From IMG/VR virus record IMGVR_UViG_2565956641_000003, positions 700 to 64,699 of that record: 64,000 nt of DNA; one strand, 5' to 3'. The stretch is from a virus. Its lineage: Duplodnaviria > Caudoviricetes. The first letter of the stretch is position 1. Each line of letters begins with the position of its first letter. The translations under genes were made by a program, and so were the position numbers. The notes under the pieces were generated by a model. The model made no database searches. It was given only the letters and a program-made list of their open reading frames with translations, and was not told the origin of the DNA. This document shows, in pieces, positions 10,052-19,450 of this stretch.

Positions 10052-10787
10052 CTTTGTGCCTCACTATTTTCACAACACGTTCTTGCCATTGTTGCCCAAA
10101 GATTTCACGCACGGACTTTCGACCATAAGGATGATGTAGGATTAATGGTCCACCAAAACATGCAGTGCTTTCTTCTGATTTGAATTGCCAATGATCGCCC
10201 AACCAAATTACTGCGTGGTTCGGGTGTTCTGTACGTCCAACATTACACACCAACATATCGCCATACTGCGGTTGACTGACTTCATAAAATCCCGCTGCAT
10301 CTAGGTTTTCTAGATAAAGCGATTTATGATCTCTATCATTCCACCAATTATCCAAACGCTCGAAATCAATGAGTTTGATATTTAACTCACGAAGATAAAA
10401 ATCACGAACAATTGAATAGCAGTCTTGGTACCCATGATGATAGTCACGACCAATGAGTGGTGCTTTATAACCACAGGGTTCATAGACTTGAAACTCAACT
10501 TCAGGATAAGCACAAATCACCCATGGCTTTTCATGAAGTTCAATTTGTAATAAGTCTAAATCAGATGCGCGTGCTGTCGCATTTGGATGTGAGTGGACAT
10601 AGGCTTGAATCTCTCCTTGATCTTCAGCATTCGCCAAGTCTTCATGGTGGATTTGAAATTGACCATGTTCAGCAACATTGCGACAGGCGATATAGCGACC
10701 AGAAACAATAACCCCGCAAGATTCTCCGGGGTAACATTGTTTAGCATGAGATAGAATCGCTGCTTTGAGTTTTTTATTTAATTTCAT
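10044..10787 (-). CDS. Tail assembly protein K (JAB + NlpC/P60)
   Basis: ESCG, VHSHP...S..D, DCYS and PNHA motifs. Confidence 0.9.
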   Translation of the reverse strand: MKLNKKLKAAILSHAKQCYPGESCGVIVSGRYIACRNVAEHGQFQIHHEDLANAEDQGEIQAYVHSHPNATARASDLDLLQIELHEKPWVICAYPEVEFQVYEPCGYKAPLIGRDYHHGYQDCYSIVRDFYLRELNIKLIDFERLDNWWNDRDHKSLYLENLDAAGFYEVSQPQYGDMLVCNVGRTEHPNHAVIWLGDHWQFKSEESTACFGGPLILHHPYGRKSVREIFGQQWQERVVKIVRHKDA

Positions 10788-10789
10788 TT

Positions 10790-11554
10790 TTACACCATTG
10801 AAGATGCAGGGAATCCACCAAAATGAAGCTCATTCTCACGACAACGGCAACCTGAAGTTCGATAGTTACATCGATCTAAAACAGGATTGTCTGTCGATTC
10901 GTCTTTTTCGGTAAACATTGCTGCACCGATGTAGCCACATTCTTCACTTCGATATTCCCAGTTGCAGTAATTTGAGATTTGTCGTGTAGGAATCTTTAGC
11001 CCTTCAAAATCCACTGGATTAGAAAGTTCAAAGGTTACCTGCTGAGCATTTTCAGAAGTCTTTTGTTCAATAAACCAAATCTGCTCACGTTTCTCGCTTG
11101 AGTTCGCACTGGTATTCCCAGTACTAAAGTTTTCTGCATCCAGATATTTGGCTAAGGTGGTGATGACTTTAAGCTTTGCACCTGCAAAGTCGCCAAACTG
11201 TAAACAATATGCAGTGACTGCTCCCTGTATGCCATTAATATTGTTGGCCATACTTAAAGTAGGAGCGGAAGCCTTACCATCACTTCGCATTTCTAAACCA
11301 CTGACTTCCAGTGCCATGGGTTCAAATGTCTGACCATCAAAGATGATGTTACGATGCCAAACTTTTTTATCACCAGTATCAGTAACCATCGGACCATCAG
11401 AACCAATCGAGCTATAAATCTTTTCCCAATCTTGGAATGAAATATGTCCATGGAAACGCAAGATGCCAGCACCTAAAGCGCTGGCATCTAATTCAAATAA
11501 GGTAATTAAACCATCTACATAAAGTTTCTGAAAATCACTGTTTAACATCTTCAT
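10790..11554 (-). CDS. Minor tail protein L
   Basis: YLDAENF, CNWEYRSEECGY and FGGFPA; Fe-S Cys pattern. Confidence 0.9.
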   Translation of the reverse strand: MKMLNSDFQKLYVDGLITLFELDASALGAGILRFHGHISFQDWEKIYSSIGSDGPMVTDTGDKKVWHRNIIFDGQTFEPMALEVSGLEMRSDGKASAPTLSMANNINGIQGAVTAYCLQFGDFAGAKLKVITTLAKYLDAENFSTGNTSANSSEKREQIWFIEQKTSENAQQVTFELSNPVDFEGLKIPTRQISNYCNWEYRSEECGYIGAAMFTEKDESTDNPVLDRCNYRTSGCRCRENELHFGGFPASSMV

Positions 11555-11867
11555 TCACCACAATATCGAGGTTTAAACCCTCATCATCATAAATAGCCTG
11601 GATAGATTGAATTGAAATCCCTGAACGATTCTGCATAGAAACAATATAGGGAATCAGCCAACTGATAAATTGTGCTTCTTTTAATGAGATACGGCTTAAA
11701 TCAGGCTCTTTATCCTTTTTTAAGCCGATTAATACATCATCTGTCGCCTTGTTATAATCAATCGATAGGTAATCTATTTTTGATCCAAACTCATAAGCAG
11801 ATGCATCAATTTTAGCCATGAGTGCTGCAGTAAAACTTGCTTCAATTCGTGTAAATTGCTTTGACAT
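11535..11867 (-). CDS. Hypothetical phage protein between M and L
   Basis: 110-aa ORF in operon orientation. Confidence 0.6.
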   Translation of the reverse strand: MSKQFTRIEASFTAALMAKIDASAYEFGSKIDYLSIDYNKATDDVLIGLKKDKEPDLSRISLKEAQFISWLIPYIVSMQNRSGISIQSIQAIYDDEGLNLDIVVNEDVKQ

Positions 11868-11924
11868 TTTTAATGTACCTTCAAGTAAAAAGCCCCAACG
11901 ACTGGGGCATGAAGTTAAGTGGAT

Positions 11925-12269
11925 TTAAGGGTAAAAGACTTGGGTGAATGTGGTTGAGATTGCCCAGATCATTCCACCCACTTGACTAGGTGAATAGCTT
12001 GTATCTGTTTTAACTCTCACTTCACCATCTAAAGGAGCATTCCAGAGAAATGAATCAGAACCTTGATGTCGATCAAAAAAAGCTTTGATTTGAAGAATCT
12101 CATCTTTTGTTGATGTGCGTTTGTATGCCCATTCTCCCTTTCTATTGTTGATCCCTACTGAGATATTTTGTTCGTAGCCATCACCAAATTTCGAAGTCAA
12201 AATATTGAAGTTTTGTTTGCTTGAGTTCCCATCCAAATCACAAGGGAATGTAAATTTTTCATTGCTCAT
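11925..12269 (-). CDS. Distal tail protein M
   Basis: FGDGYEQ...GINN and FFDRHQG..SFLW motifs. Confidence 0.9.
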   Translation of the reverse strand: MSNEKFTFPCDLDGNSSKQNFNILTSKFGDGYEQNISVGINNRKGEWAYKRTSTKDEILQIKAFFDRHQGSDSFLWNAPLDGEVRVKTDTSYSPSQVGGMIWAISTTFTQVFYP

Positions 12270-12283
12270 AAATCGATTCCAAT

Positions 12284-12306
12284 AAAAAACCGCCTTACGG
12301 CGGTTA
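12284..12306 (-). terminator. Rho-independent terminator closing the accessory island
   Basis: AACCGC-CTTACG-GCGGTT hairpin followed by a T-run on the minus strand. Confidence 0.65.
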
Positions 12307-12320
12307 ATTTAAAAATAAAT

Positions 12321-12809
12321 TTATTCCAAAGTTACTTTTTCCTCAATAAGAAAATAGAGCGCTTTATTGTTAAAAGGAATGATGAAAAATCTTACAATTA
12401 CACCACTTGGAAGTGTCAGTTTAGCAAAATAAACATCCAGGTCTCTTACCACAACATCATCACTAAAGCACCATTCAAGATAGTCCATGATTCGAAAAGC
12501 GAGATACTTTTTACGATCTGCTGTATCAATTGTCATGCCTAGTGGCTTAGTTAATAAATAGTCTTGAATTAATGTTTCAATATTAGAATACTTAATTTTT
12601 TCGTATGAGAAATCTAATCCAACATAATTATCATAGTGTTTAAAAAAGTTGCCTTCTATAGTTAATGTCGGATCATTATCAACATCAAAAATATTGAGAT
12701 TTTTCTCTCTGATATCACCATCGATTTCTGCAAGACCATTTAAAAATCCTGAAAGAAAACTGATTGAAGTATCTATTAATTCCATTTTGCCCCCCTTTAA
12801 TGACATCAA
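12321..12809 (-). CDS. Hypothetical acidic protein, possible orphan immunity protein
   Basis: AT-rich ORF between two terminators, downstream of a toxin-immunity pair; start probably MELIDTS. Confidence 0.6.
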   Translation of the reverse strand: MMSLKGGKMELIDTSISFLSGFLNGLAEIDGDIREKNLNIFDVDNDPTLTIEGNFFKHYDNYVGLDFSYEKIKYSNIETLIQDYLLTKPLGMTIDTADRKKYLAFRIMDYLEWCFSDDVVVRDLDVYFAKLTLPSGVIVRFFIIPFNNKALYFLIEEKVTLE

Positions 12810-12919
12810 TATACGCCTTAATGAACTTGAAAGTAGGTAATAAATCCATTATTGGCTAAGAATTTAAAACTATTCTACGGCTAAAGAAACCGCCTATGGC
12901 GGTTCTTAGCATTTTATTT

Positions 12920-13321
12920 CTAGATGTTTTCTATTGGTGATTCATCATCAATAATATAAACACTCGTTGGCATCCGAATTTCGTACTTCCAAATATATGG
13001 ATAGAATCCAGGGCTTAACACTTCAAAATTACACTGCTCATCATTTTGAATATACATTTCAGTAAACAATGAAAAATCATTAGCACCACATCGGGCAAGT
13101 TCTGCAATATTGTTAATTATAAAATCTAAATATGCTTTTTCATAAGCACCATAACTTACATCATGATAATCAATAAACTCATTTGGATGTACAAATGAAA
13201 TGCTATTAGGAAATTCATCCTGATAGAGAAATGTTTTTAACTCGTTAGAGTTTAATCTTTCAATGCAGCTTTTAGCATTAAAGTTTTCTCCTGAAATATC
13301 AAACGTGATTCTAGCTTTCAT
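12920..13321 (-). CDS. Putative immunity protein for 13321-14370
   Basis: Acidic 133 aa; TAATG translational coupling to the toxin stop. Confidence 0.6.
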   Translation of the reverse strand: MKARITFDISGENFNAKSCIERLNSNELKTFLYQDEFPNSISFVHPNEFIDYHDVSYGAYEKAYLDFIINNIAELARCGANDFSLFTEMYIQNDEQCNFEVLSPGFYPYIWKYEIRMPTSVYIIDDESPIENI

Positions 13322-14370
13322 TACAAAAATTTCTCCAAATTGATCAAGATCATTTCTTTCGACTTATTACCTTTTATAAAAATTTCTCCCGTTTTAGGGT
13401 CTTTATAAAAGTCAAAATTATTCGAACCTCTTAATTCTTTGCTATATGTTTTAACAATTTTTTTCTTCAATGGTGTATTGTGCCAGTTTTTATTGCCAAC
13501 TAATTCACCAATCTGCTTTTCATTCATTTTTTTTGACTGTTTACCATCATTTACAGGCTTTTCGTCATCAGGATCAGGATTATTTGGGTCTGCATTAGTC
13601 GAATTGTCTTCGAACTGCTGAACAATCGGTTTAGCTTTTTCTGCATCGTTCTGAGCTTCATTTAAGATATCTTGAGCTGCTGCAACTGTTGCTACTTGTG
13701 CATCAGTATTGCCTGCTTGAGCGTTATCAATAACTTTTTGAGAGACTGTGTCGAATGGGAGGCTTTTATCATTTAATTTACTAGGATCATAATTCGGATT
13801 TGCAATTTTCTGGATATAAACTGGTGCAACCCAATTAGGGTAGTTTTTATAAATAACATCACAAGCTACGACATTATTTTGAAGGTTACAACCACGATTA
13901 CCTGTAATTTCCCCCCAACCATTATAATTCCCATTATTCCAATGAGCTGTATAAGATTTCAGAATAGATTCATAATTGTTTGATTTCCATTCATTGTCAG
14001 AATCGAATTTTTCATAATAGTAAAATTCATCTGAATTTGAAATGGAATCCGTTTTTTCTTTATATTTAATCTGATTATTCGCTGGGTCCATCACCCAATC
14101 GATACCATCCAACAGCTCATTTACTGCTACTGTCAGTGCAACTCCTGCCACACCACCACGAAGAATTTTTGAGACTTGGGAAGCATTGGGGACAATTGAG
14201 GCATTTGAAATTTTAGCAACACCTCCTACATTTTTTGTGGCATTAACTAAACCGGTTGCACCGACTGGTGTTGGATTTCCTACATTCCAACCATTAAGCG
14301 TTACGGCGCTTGCTAACCCTGAGCTCAGGGCTAAACAAATTCCCGATAACAAAGCTAAACTCTTTTTCAT
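13321..14370 (-). CDS. Secreted polymorphic toxin candidate 1 (Sec signal, shared TspB-like region, Ntox33-like C-terminus)
   Basis: Signal peptide ending ASA; blocks shared with 24074-25192; PNNPDPDD linker; basic tip WH..LKK...FDFYKDPKTGEIFI. Confidence 0.7.
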   Translation of the reverse strand: MKKSLALLSGICLALSSGLASAVTLNGWNVGNPTPVGATGLVNATKNVGGVAKISNASIVPNASQVSKILRGGVAGVALTVAVNELLDGIDWVMDPANNQIKYKEKTDSISNSDEFYYYEKFDSDNEWKSNNYESILKSYTAHWNNGNYNGWGEITGNRGCNLQNNVVACDVIYKNYPNWVAPVYIQKIANPNYDPSKLNDKSLPFDTVSQKVIDNAQAGNTDAQVATVAAAQDILNEAQNDAEKAKPIVQQFEDNSTNADPNNPDPDDEKPVNDGKQSKKMNEKQIGELVGNKNWHNTPLKKKIVKTYSKELRGSNNFDFYKDPKTGEIFIKGNKSKEMILINLEKFL

Positions 14371-14557
14371 TCTGTTTCCTTTTCTTTAGGCATAAAAAAA
14401 GACAGCCGAATGACTGTCTTGTGTTTTGAGATATTACTTTTTAAGTAATATTCCTCGGTAAAATTCTTTTAGGTAAATAGGGCTGCGGCATTTTTAGTGC
14501 AATAAAAACCCACTCGAGTGAGTGGGTTTAGTTTTCTAAATTATGTAAAACTATACT

Positions 14558-15205
14558 TTAACCTTCTTTAGCAGAACCTAGAGGAAGGTGAAAATCTTCA
14601 GTCATTTTAATCGGATAAGGCTTGCCATTAATATTTAAGGGCTTAAATCTTGCTTTATCTTTAAATTCTTTCAGTACGTAATTATCTAAATTATTTAATC
14701 CGCTACTTTTCGTGATCTTGGCTTTAGTTATTTTGCCGCTATCATCGGCTTCTACATATATACTTAATGATCTGCTTTCACCCTTTAATTCAGATTTTTT
14801 TGGAACAATATTTGGGAAAAATGCATATTTAGGGATTCTGGAAACTGAAAATTCAAAAGGTAGTTTTGTGCGTAATGGATAATTTGTATTTACATCCCAT
14901 TCATTCCATGCTTTGAGTTTTGATCCTTTCACAGCTCTTAATGCTAAGCGGTCTAATTCATCAACTCCGCTACTTTTGATTACTTCAGCTTTATGAACTC
15001 TACCATACTCATTAGTTTCTAAATAGATTAATAAATCTCTGTCGTAACCCTTTAATATTTCATTTTTAATAATAATTTTTGGTGGTATTATCCATTTCAT
15101 TAACATTCCACTAACTGGGTCTCTCTGTACTTCTCGAACCTTAGAATCTGCTCCAAAACAAAAACTGGAAACCAATAAGCAGAAAATTATAAATATGCTT
15201 TTCAT
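14558..15205 (-). CDS. Exported protein with two tandem TonB C-terminal domains
   Basis: Cleavable signal; twice the pattern G...A.(V/I).KSSG...LD; ends FKPLNINGKP. Confidence 0.8.
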   Translation of the reverse strand: MKSIFIIFCLLVSSFCFGADSKVREVQRDPVSGMLMKWIIPPKIIIKNEILKGYDRDLLIYLETNEYGRVHKAEVIKSSGVDELDRLALRAVKGSKLKAWNEWDVNTNYPLRTKLPFEFSVSRIPKYAFFPNIVPKKSELKGESRSLSIYVEADDSGKITKAKITKSSGLNNLDNYVLKEFKDKARFKPLNINGKPYPIKMTEDFHLPLGSAKEG

Positions 15206-15279
15206 GATATATCTCTTATATATTTAGTCCAAGATACTAATTTTTATGCCAAAAAGAAACCTCCCGAGGGAGGTTTGAT

Positions 15280-15999
15280 TTATCTTTTATCCAGAATAAG
15301 ATTAAAAGAGTTTTGATGTAGATCTTCCATATCTTGATCCCAAGCATTTATAGATTCAAGATGATGCTTGATTTCTTGATAATCGCTACTTGAATGTAAT
15401 GTGCTTGTTAAAAACGCAGAATATGCTTTATCTTCCTGGCATGATAATAATAAATTGGTCACTGAATCCTTTGTATCATCAATATTTGCAAGGTTTAAGG
15501 CTAATTTTGACAATTGCCGATTAACCTCATTGCAAGCTAAAAATCTAGGAAGTACAACGCGATCATCATCATTCAAGAAAAGTTTGGTAATAGTTGCCTT
15601 GCCCTTTTCATCTTTACCATAAAGCCTAAATGACTCTTGACAAAGGTGTGCTTTGGGCTCATCAACATATGGATTAACTATTGGGAATTTCTCAACATCT
15701 AATGTCCATTTTTTTCTATTACAACGACCACATGAAGGTAGTAAATTTTCCCAGTCAACAACGTTATCAGGATATGAGTCTTTATCTTTAAAATGTTCTA
15801 CCTGCATATATGAATCTTCAATTTGCAACTTGCATTCACAGTAGGCACATTTGTTTGATGAACTTAAAAGTAGTGGATTACCAATGCTCTCATCTTTCCA
15901 CACTACTTTAGTTTTGTCTTTTTTAAATCTTTCCGTCAATTCATGAACTTTTTCCACTGAAAGATATTCAGGCTTTTCACCTCTTTGCAACTTGATCAT
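15280..15999 (-). CDS. ptuB: HNH endonuclease, Septu PtuB-like
   Basis: CAYCE, VEHFKDK, WENLLPSCGRCN and VNPY.DEP..HL motifs. Confidence 0.75.
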   Translation of the reverse strand: MIKLQRGEKPEYLSVEKVHELTERFKKDKTKVVWKDESIGNPLLLSSSNKCAYCECKLQIEDSYMQVEHFKDKDSYPDNVVDWENLLPSCGRCNRKKWTLDVEKFPIVNPYVDEPKAHLCQESFRLYGKDEKGKATITKLFLNDDDRVVLPRFLACNEVNRQLSKLALNLANIDDTKDSVTNLLLSCQEDKAYSAFLTSTLHSSSDYQEIKHHLESINAWDQDMEDLHQNSFNLILDKR

Positions 16000-16002
16000 G
16001 GA

Positions 16003-17256
16003 TTATTCTCCAAGACTATCTAGCTGCATTTTAAAAACTGGTCGTAGTGGATATTGAGGATGCAACATCTTATCAAGTTCATGGTAAGCCTTTTTTGCAT
16101 CATCTTTATTCTGTTCATCGAGAGCCTTATCAAACCTAGCTTTTATTTCATTATATTTTTTAGTCCGTAAATCTGGCATTCCCATCACATCTTCAAGAAT
16201 CTCCTCGATTGTCCAACCTTGGTATCCATATTCAGATTCAGGTAATTCACGTCTTTCAACTACTCCATTTTTACGCTCTAAAGCAATTACTTCACCTTTG
16301 ATCGCAGTTTGTACTACATGAGGACTATGCGTAGTTATGAAAAATTGAGCATTGGGGAAAACTTCTTTAAGAATTGTGCAAATGCGACCTTGCCATTCAG
16401 GATGAAGATGTAATTCTACTTCGTCTATTAAAATAATCCCATTAAAAAGTTTATGACTTGTAGTAACGTAAATCGCTCTCTCAGAAAGTTCTCTAAAAAT
16501 ATTAAGAATTATAAATAAAATTGATTTAAAACCAGATGATAAATATTCAAAGTATATATCTCCAGTCGGAGTACTAACAATAATTTCATTATTTTTTAAT
16601 GATTTATATTTGATACCACTATCCAATACTGAAAAAGATTTTTTAAGTTCCTCAATATTTTCTAAATCACATAAATCTAATGCATTAGGACTTGTACTAA
16701 GTAATAATTGAGATACTAACCATCCTTTTAAATCTTCGCCATCAATTCCATTTACTAAACTCTTTAGTCGTTTTTGTAATTTTTTTTCACTAAAGCTAAT
16801 CGAATCTAAAAAACGATAATCAAATACCCTATTAACCTTGAGATAAATGACGTTAAGTAATTCTGTAAAAATTGTTGGTTCAGAAGATATTGAAGAATGA
16901 CGGTGATTGGATGGCTCATACTCATTAATGCTTTTAATTAAAACATTCTCAAATGCGTCGGTTTCTAATTCAATGTTACCTTTTGTAGAACCAACACTTT
17001 TATTTACAACACTTTTAGGATCATACTCTGAGAATACATAAACTATCGAATCAAGAATATTTGTTTTACCAACACCATTTGCTCCACAAATAATATTCAT
17101 TCGTTCATTGAGATTTTCTAATTTTAAATGAGATACTCCCCCTACATCTTTTATTTCTAATGATTTAACTTTCATTGTATCTAAGCCATTGTTGTTTGAT
17201 GAGTTCATCATACATTCAATCGAAATTTTTCCAAGCTTGTTTTGAGTCTGATTCAT
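16003..17256 (-). CDS. ptuA: ABC/AAA ATPase, Septu PtuA-like
   Basis: GANGVGKT, LSSG, ILIDEVELHLHPEWQ, TTHSP; start may be MKVKSLEI. Confidence 0.78.
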   Translation of the reverse strand: MNQTQNKLGKISIECMMNSSNNNGLDTMKVKSLEIKDVGGVSHLKLENLNERMNIICGANGVGKTNILDSIVYVFSEYDPKSVVNKSVGSTKGNIELETDAFENVLIKSINEYEPSNHRHSSISSEPTIFTELLNVIYLKVNRVFDYRFLDSISFSEKKLQKRLKSLVNGIDGEDLKGWLVSQLLLSTSPNALDLCDLENIEELKKSFSVLDSGIKYKSLKNNEIIVSTPTGDIYFEYLSSGFKSILFIILNIFRELSERAIYVTTSHKLFNGIILIDEVELHLHPEWQGRICTILKEVFPNAQFFITTHSPHVVQTAIKGEVIALERKNGVVERRELPESEYGYQGWTIEEILEDVMGMPDLRTKKYNEIKARFDKALDEQNKDDAKKAYHELDKMLHPQYPLRPVFKMQLDSLGE

Positions 17257-17296
17257 AGCTTTATTAAACCTTTAATTGGGGTTAAAATTTATCTAT

Positions 17297-17359
17297 GTCT
17301 CTTTTGAACAAAGCTGATATAAAAAACCCCAATAGTTCGTAGCTACTGGGGTTTTGTTT
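17297..17359. repeat. 63-bp hairpin-containing direct repeat, copy 1
   Basis: GTCTCTTTTGaACAAAGCTGATAT...AAAACCCCAATAGTTCGTAGCTACTGGGGTTTTGTTT; near-identical to 25266-25329. Confidence 0.9.
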
Positions 17360-17397
17360 GAGAGGTAAAAACCTTCCTGAAGTAGGTTATTGTCAAT

Positions 17398-18189
17398 TTA
17401 TTCTGGCAAATCAATAGATTCATGAAATTTTTTAATTTTATAAACAGCAGGTTTATCTTTTATTGTTTCAACATATACATCAACAACATAAGCTTTTTCA
17501 TAGATTTGATCTTCACCATGAATCATTTCATATTGAATTTCATCACTATCGAATAGTATTTTAACCTCTTTATCTGAAATACTTTCAATAATCCCTTTAT
17601 AGCCTTTTCGATTATCTGACCGAGTTTGAGTCCAATATAAAACTACTTGCTTATGCAAACCAAGAATAGGTTCTTTTAATTTCTCTATTTCTTTTGTTGC
17701 TTTATTTTGAATTGCATTTGCTTCTGTACTATTAATATTTATTGTAATACTGCCAGTGTTATTTGAAGCATCTAATTACAAAATAGATCCAACATCTTTT
17801 GCTATTGGTTCCACAAACTTTGAAACCCTGCTAAGAGTTTGTTTGTCTAGATCAACAGGCTTTGAACCACTTCCTTTCAGATATTCAATACATGATTTAA
17901 AATGTTTAGTAAAATCAATTACTGTGTTTGCGTGTTCCGCAAAAGGCATCAATGCAGGCGCTAATGCTACTAACTCAGTGATAATTGACCCAGGTCTAAT
18001 CTCCTTGATATATAGTTTGATTTCATCAGAAACAAGATGATTTTGAGATTCAGCAATAAAATCAGAATATTCAGCACCTAAACTTATCATGCTTTGAGCA
18101 AAATCAATTAAATCAACTGGCTGTTTATTTTTCATATTGATAGTTAGCATAGCCTTATCATCACTAGCCAATAATTCTATATTATCCAC
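17398..18189 (-). pseudogene. 263-codon hypothetical gene broken by one in-frame TAA
   Basis: ORFs 17776-18189 and 17398-17658 are in the same frame and the gap is open after the TAA at 17776-17778. Confidence 0.85.
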
Positions 18190-18360
18190 TACTACCCCTT
18201 ATTAATTAAATTTCAGCGACATGAGATGACGCATAAATTATGTATTTTTGAGATAGTATGTTAATAAACTTTTGATTGGTCAAATAAAAAATCAACCAAA
18301 CCTGAATAAAAACAAAACCCACTTTGCGTGGGTTATATACTAGAACTACAAAAGATTATC

Positions 18361-18672
18361 TTAAGTGCTTGAAGCTTTAACCCTTATTCTGTTGAAAAAT
18401 TCCTCAGAAACACGATCAGGATACTTAATCTGGACCCGAGCTCCTTCTCCAATTTTTTGAGCTAGCTTACCTAATTCCACTGCATGTCTATCTGACCAAT
18501 CATTATTTAATGCCCATTCATTTATTTCATCTTGATCTAAAGTTTCGCCTTGATTCTTTAACCACTTAAATACTGATTTCTTGATAGAATCATCTAATGG
18601 ATGTGTAGCACCTGCGGAAACATTCACGCGTATATTAAGTGCTTCTAAAGCTGCTTGTACTAATGGAGTCAT
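18361..18672 (-). CDS. DUF1889/YoaC-like small protein
   Basis: VNVS.G..HPLD...W...NDW....A..L...A pattern. Confidence 0.6.
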   Translation of the reverse strand: MTPLVQAALEALNIRVNVSAGATHPLDDSIKKSVFKWLKNQGETLDQDEINEWALNNDWSDRHAVELGKLAQKIGEGARVQIKYPDRVSEEFFNRIRVKASST

Positions 18673-18681
18673 ACTTTCTTC

Positions 18682-19014
18682 CTACAACAAAGTAAAAATC
18701 TCACCATTCAACATAGTGAAATCATTGTTTATATTTGAAATTGATTTTAAAACTCCAATCTCAAGTCCAACTAAATAATGATTTTTAAAAATCCATGATT
18801 TAGCTTCTTGCCTAATGTATTCTTCTTCCCTACATTCAAACAATAACTTGGCTTGTTGTATCTGCCCCATCTGGTTTTTAACTTTCACAGAGAGATAGCA
18901 AGGAAATATATCCAATATTTTCAATTTTTTACTCTCAAAATTGAGAAACAACATCAATAAAAACGAACTCCTGAGAGTACTTAGTTGGTATACCAACAAA
19001 TGTAAACTCAACAT
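18682..19014 (-). CDS. Hypothetical protein (true start probably internal, near 18930)
   Basis: Fills the gap in a tightly packed run of minus-strand ORFs. Confidence 0.45.
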   Translation of the reverse strand: MLSLHLLVYQLSTLRSSFLLMLFLNFESKKLKILDIFPCYLSVKVKNQMGQIQQAKLLFECREEEYIRQEAKSWIFKNHYLVGLEIGVLKSISNINNDFTMLNGEIFTLL

Positions 19015-19186
19015 TTCTATTTAGTTGATGACGCTGAGTTTCTGCATGTAAAGATGAAATATGACTAATGTCAAAAAATTTAACTATATTACCATTACCT
19101 ATAATCTCCTCTTCCTCATTGGCAATCAATACTTGCAACTCAGGATCAAATTTTTGTAATTTGATTATTAAATCTTTAACTTTCAT
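18935..19186 (-). CDS. Hypothetical protein
   Basis: MKVKDLIIKLQKFDPELQV phage-type N-terminus; ATGA overlap with upstream gene. Confidence 0.65.
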   Translation of the reverse strand: MKVKDLIIKLQKFDPELQVLIANEEEEIIGNGNIVKFFDISHISSLHAETQRHQLNRNVEFTFVGIPTKYSQEFVFIDVVSQF

Positions 19187-19440
19187 TTTCTAATCTCTGA
19201 ATAAATTATTGTGTATTTTTTCCTAGATACTGGATGAATAAATGAATTGTTACCCCATAAGAATTTTATAGGTTTATCGTAGTCGTCTAAACAAATTAAA
19301 TCATAAGCCCAAATATCTATAGCTTTTTGTTTAGATTCTTCAGGACGATAATGTGAGAAAAATTGGAGTGCAATTTTATGACCTTCAGTATCTATCGCCT
19401 GTAGAGAACAACTGTATCGATTTTTAAAATCTTCGTACAT
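19183..19440 (-). CDS. Hypothetical protein
   Basis: AAGGAG RBS; packed operon. Confidence 0.65.
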   Translation of the reverse strand: MYEDFKNRYSCSLQAIDTEGHKIALQFFSHYRPEESKQKAIDIWAYDLICLDDYDKPIKFLWGNNSFIHPVSRKKYTIIYSEIRK

Positions 19441-19450
19441 TTATTACTCC

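Noticed and set aside
15280-17400. Retron (msr-msd upstream of PtuAB)
   Set aside because: No RT gene, and the upstream hairpin recurs in front of unrelated genes.
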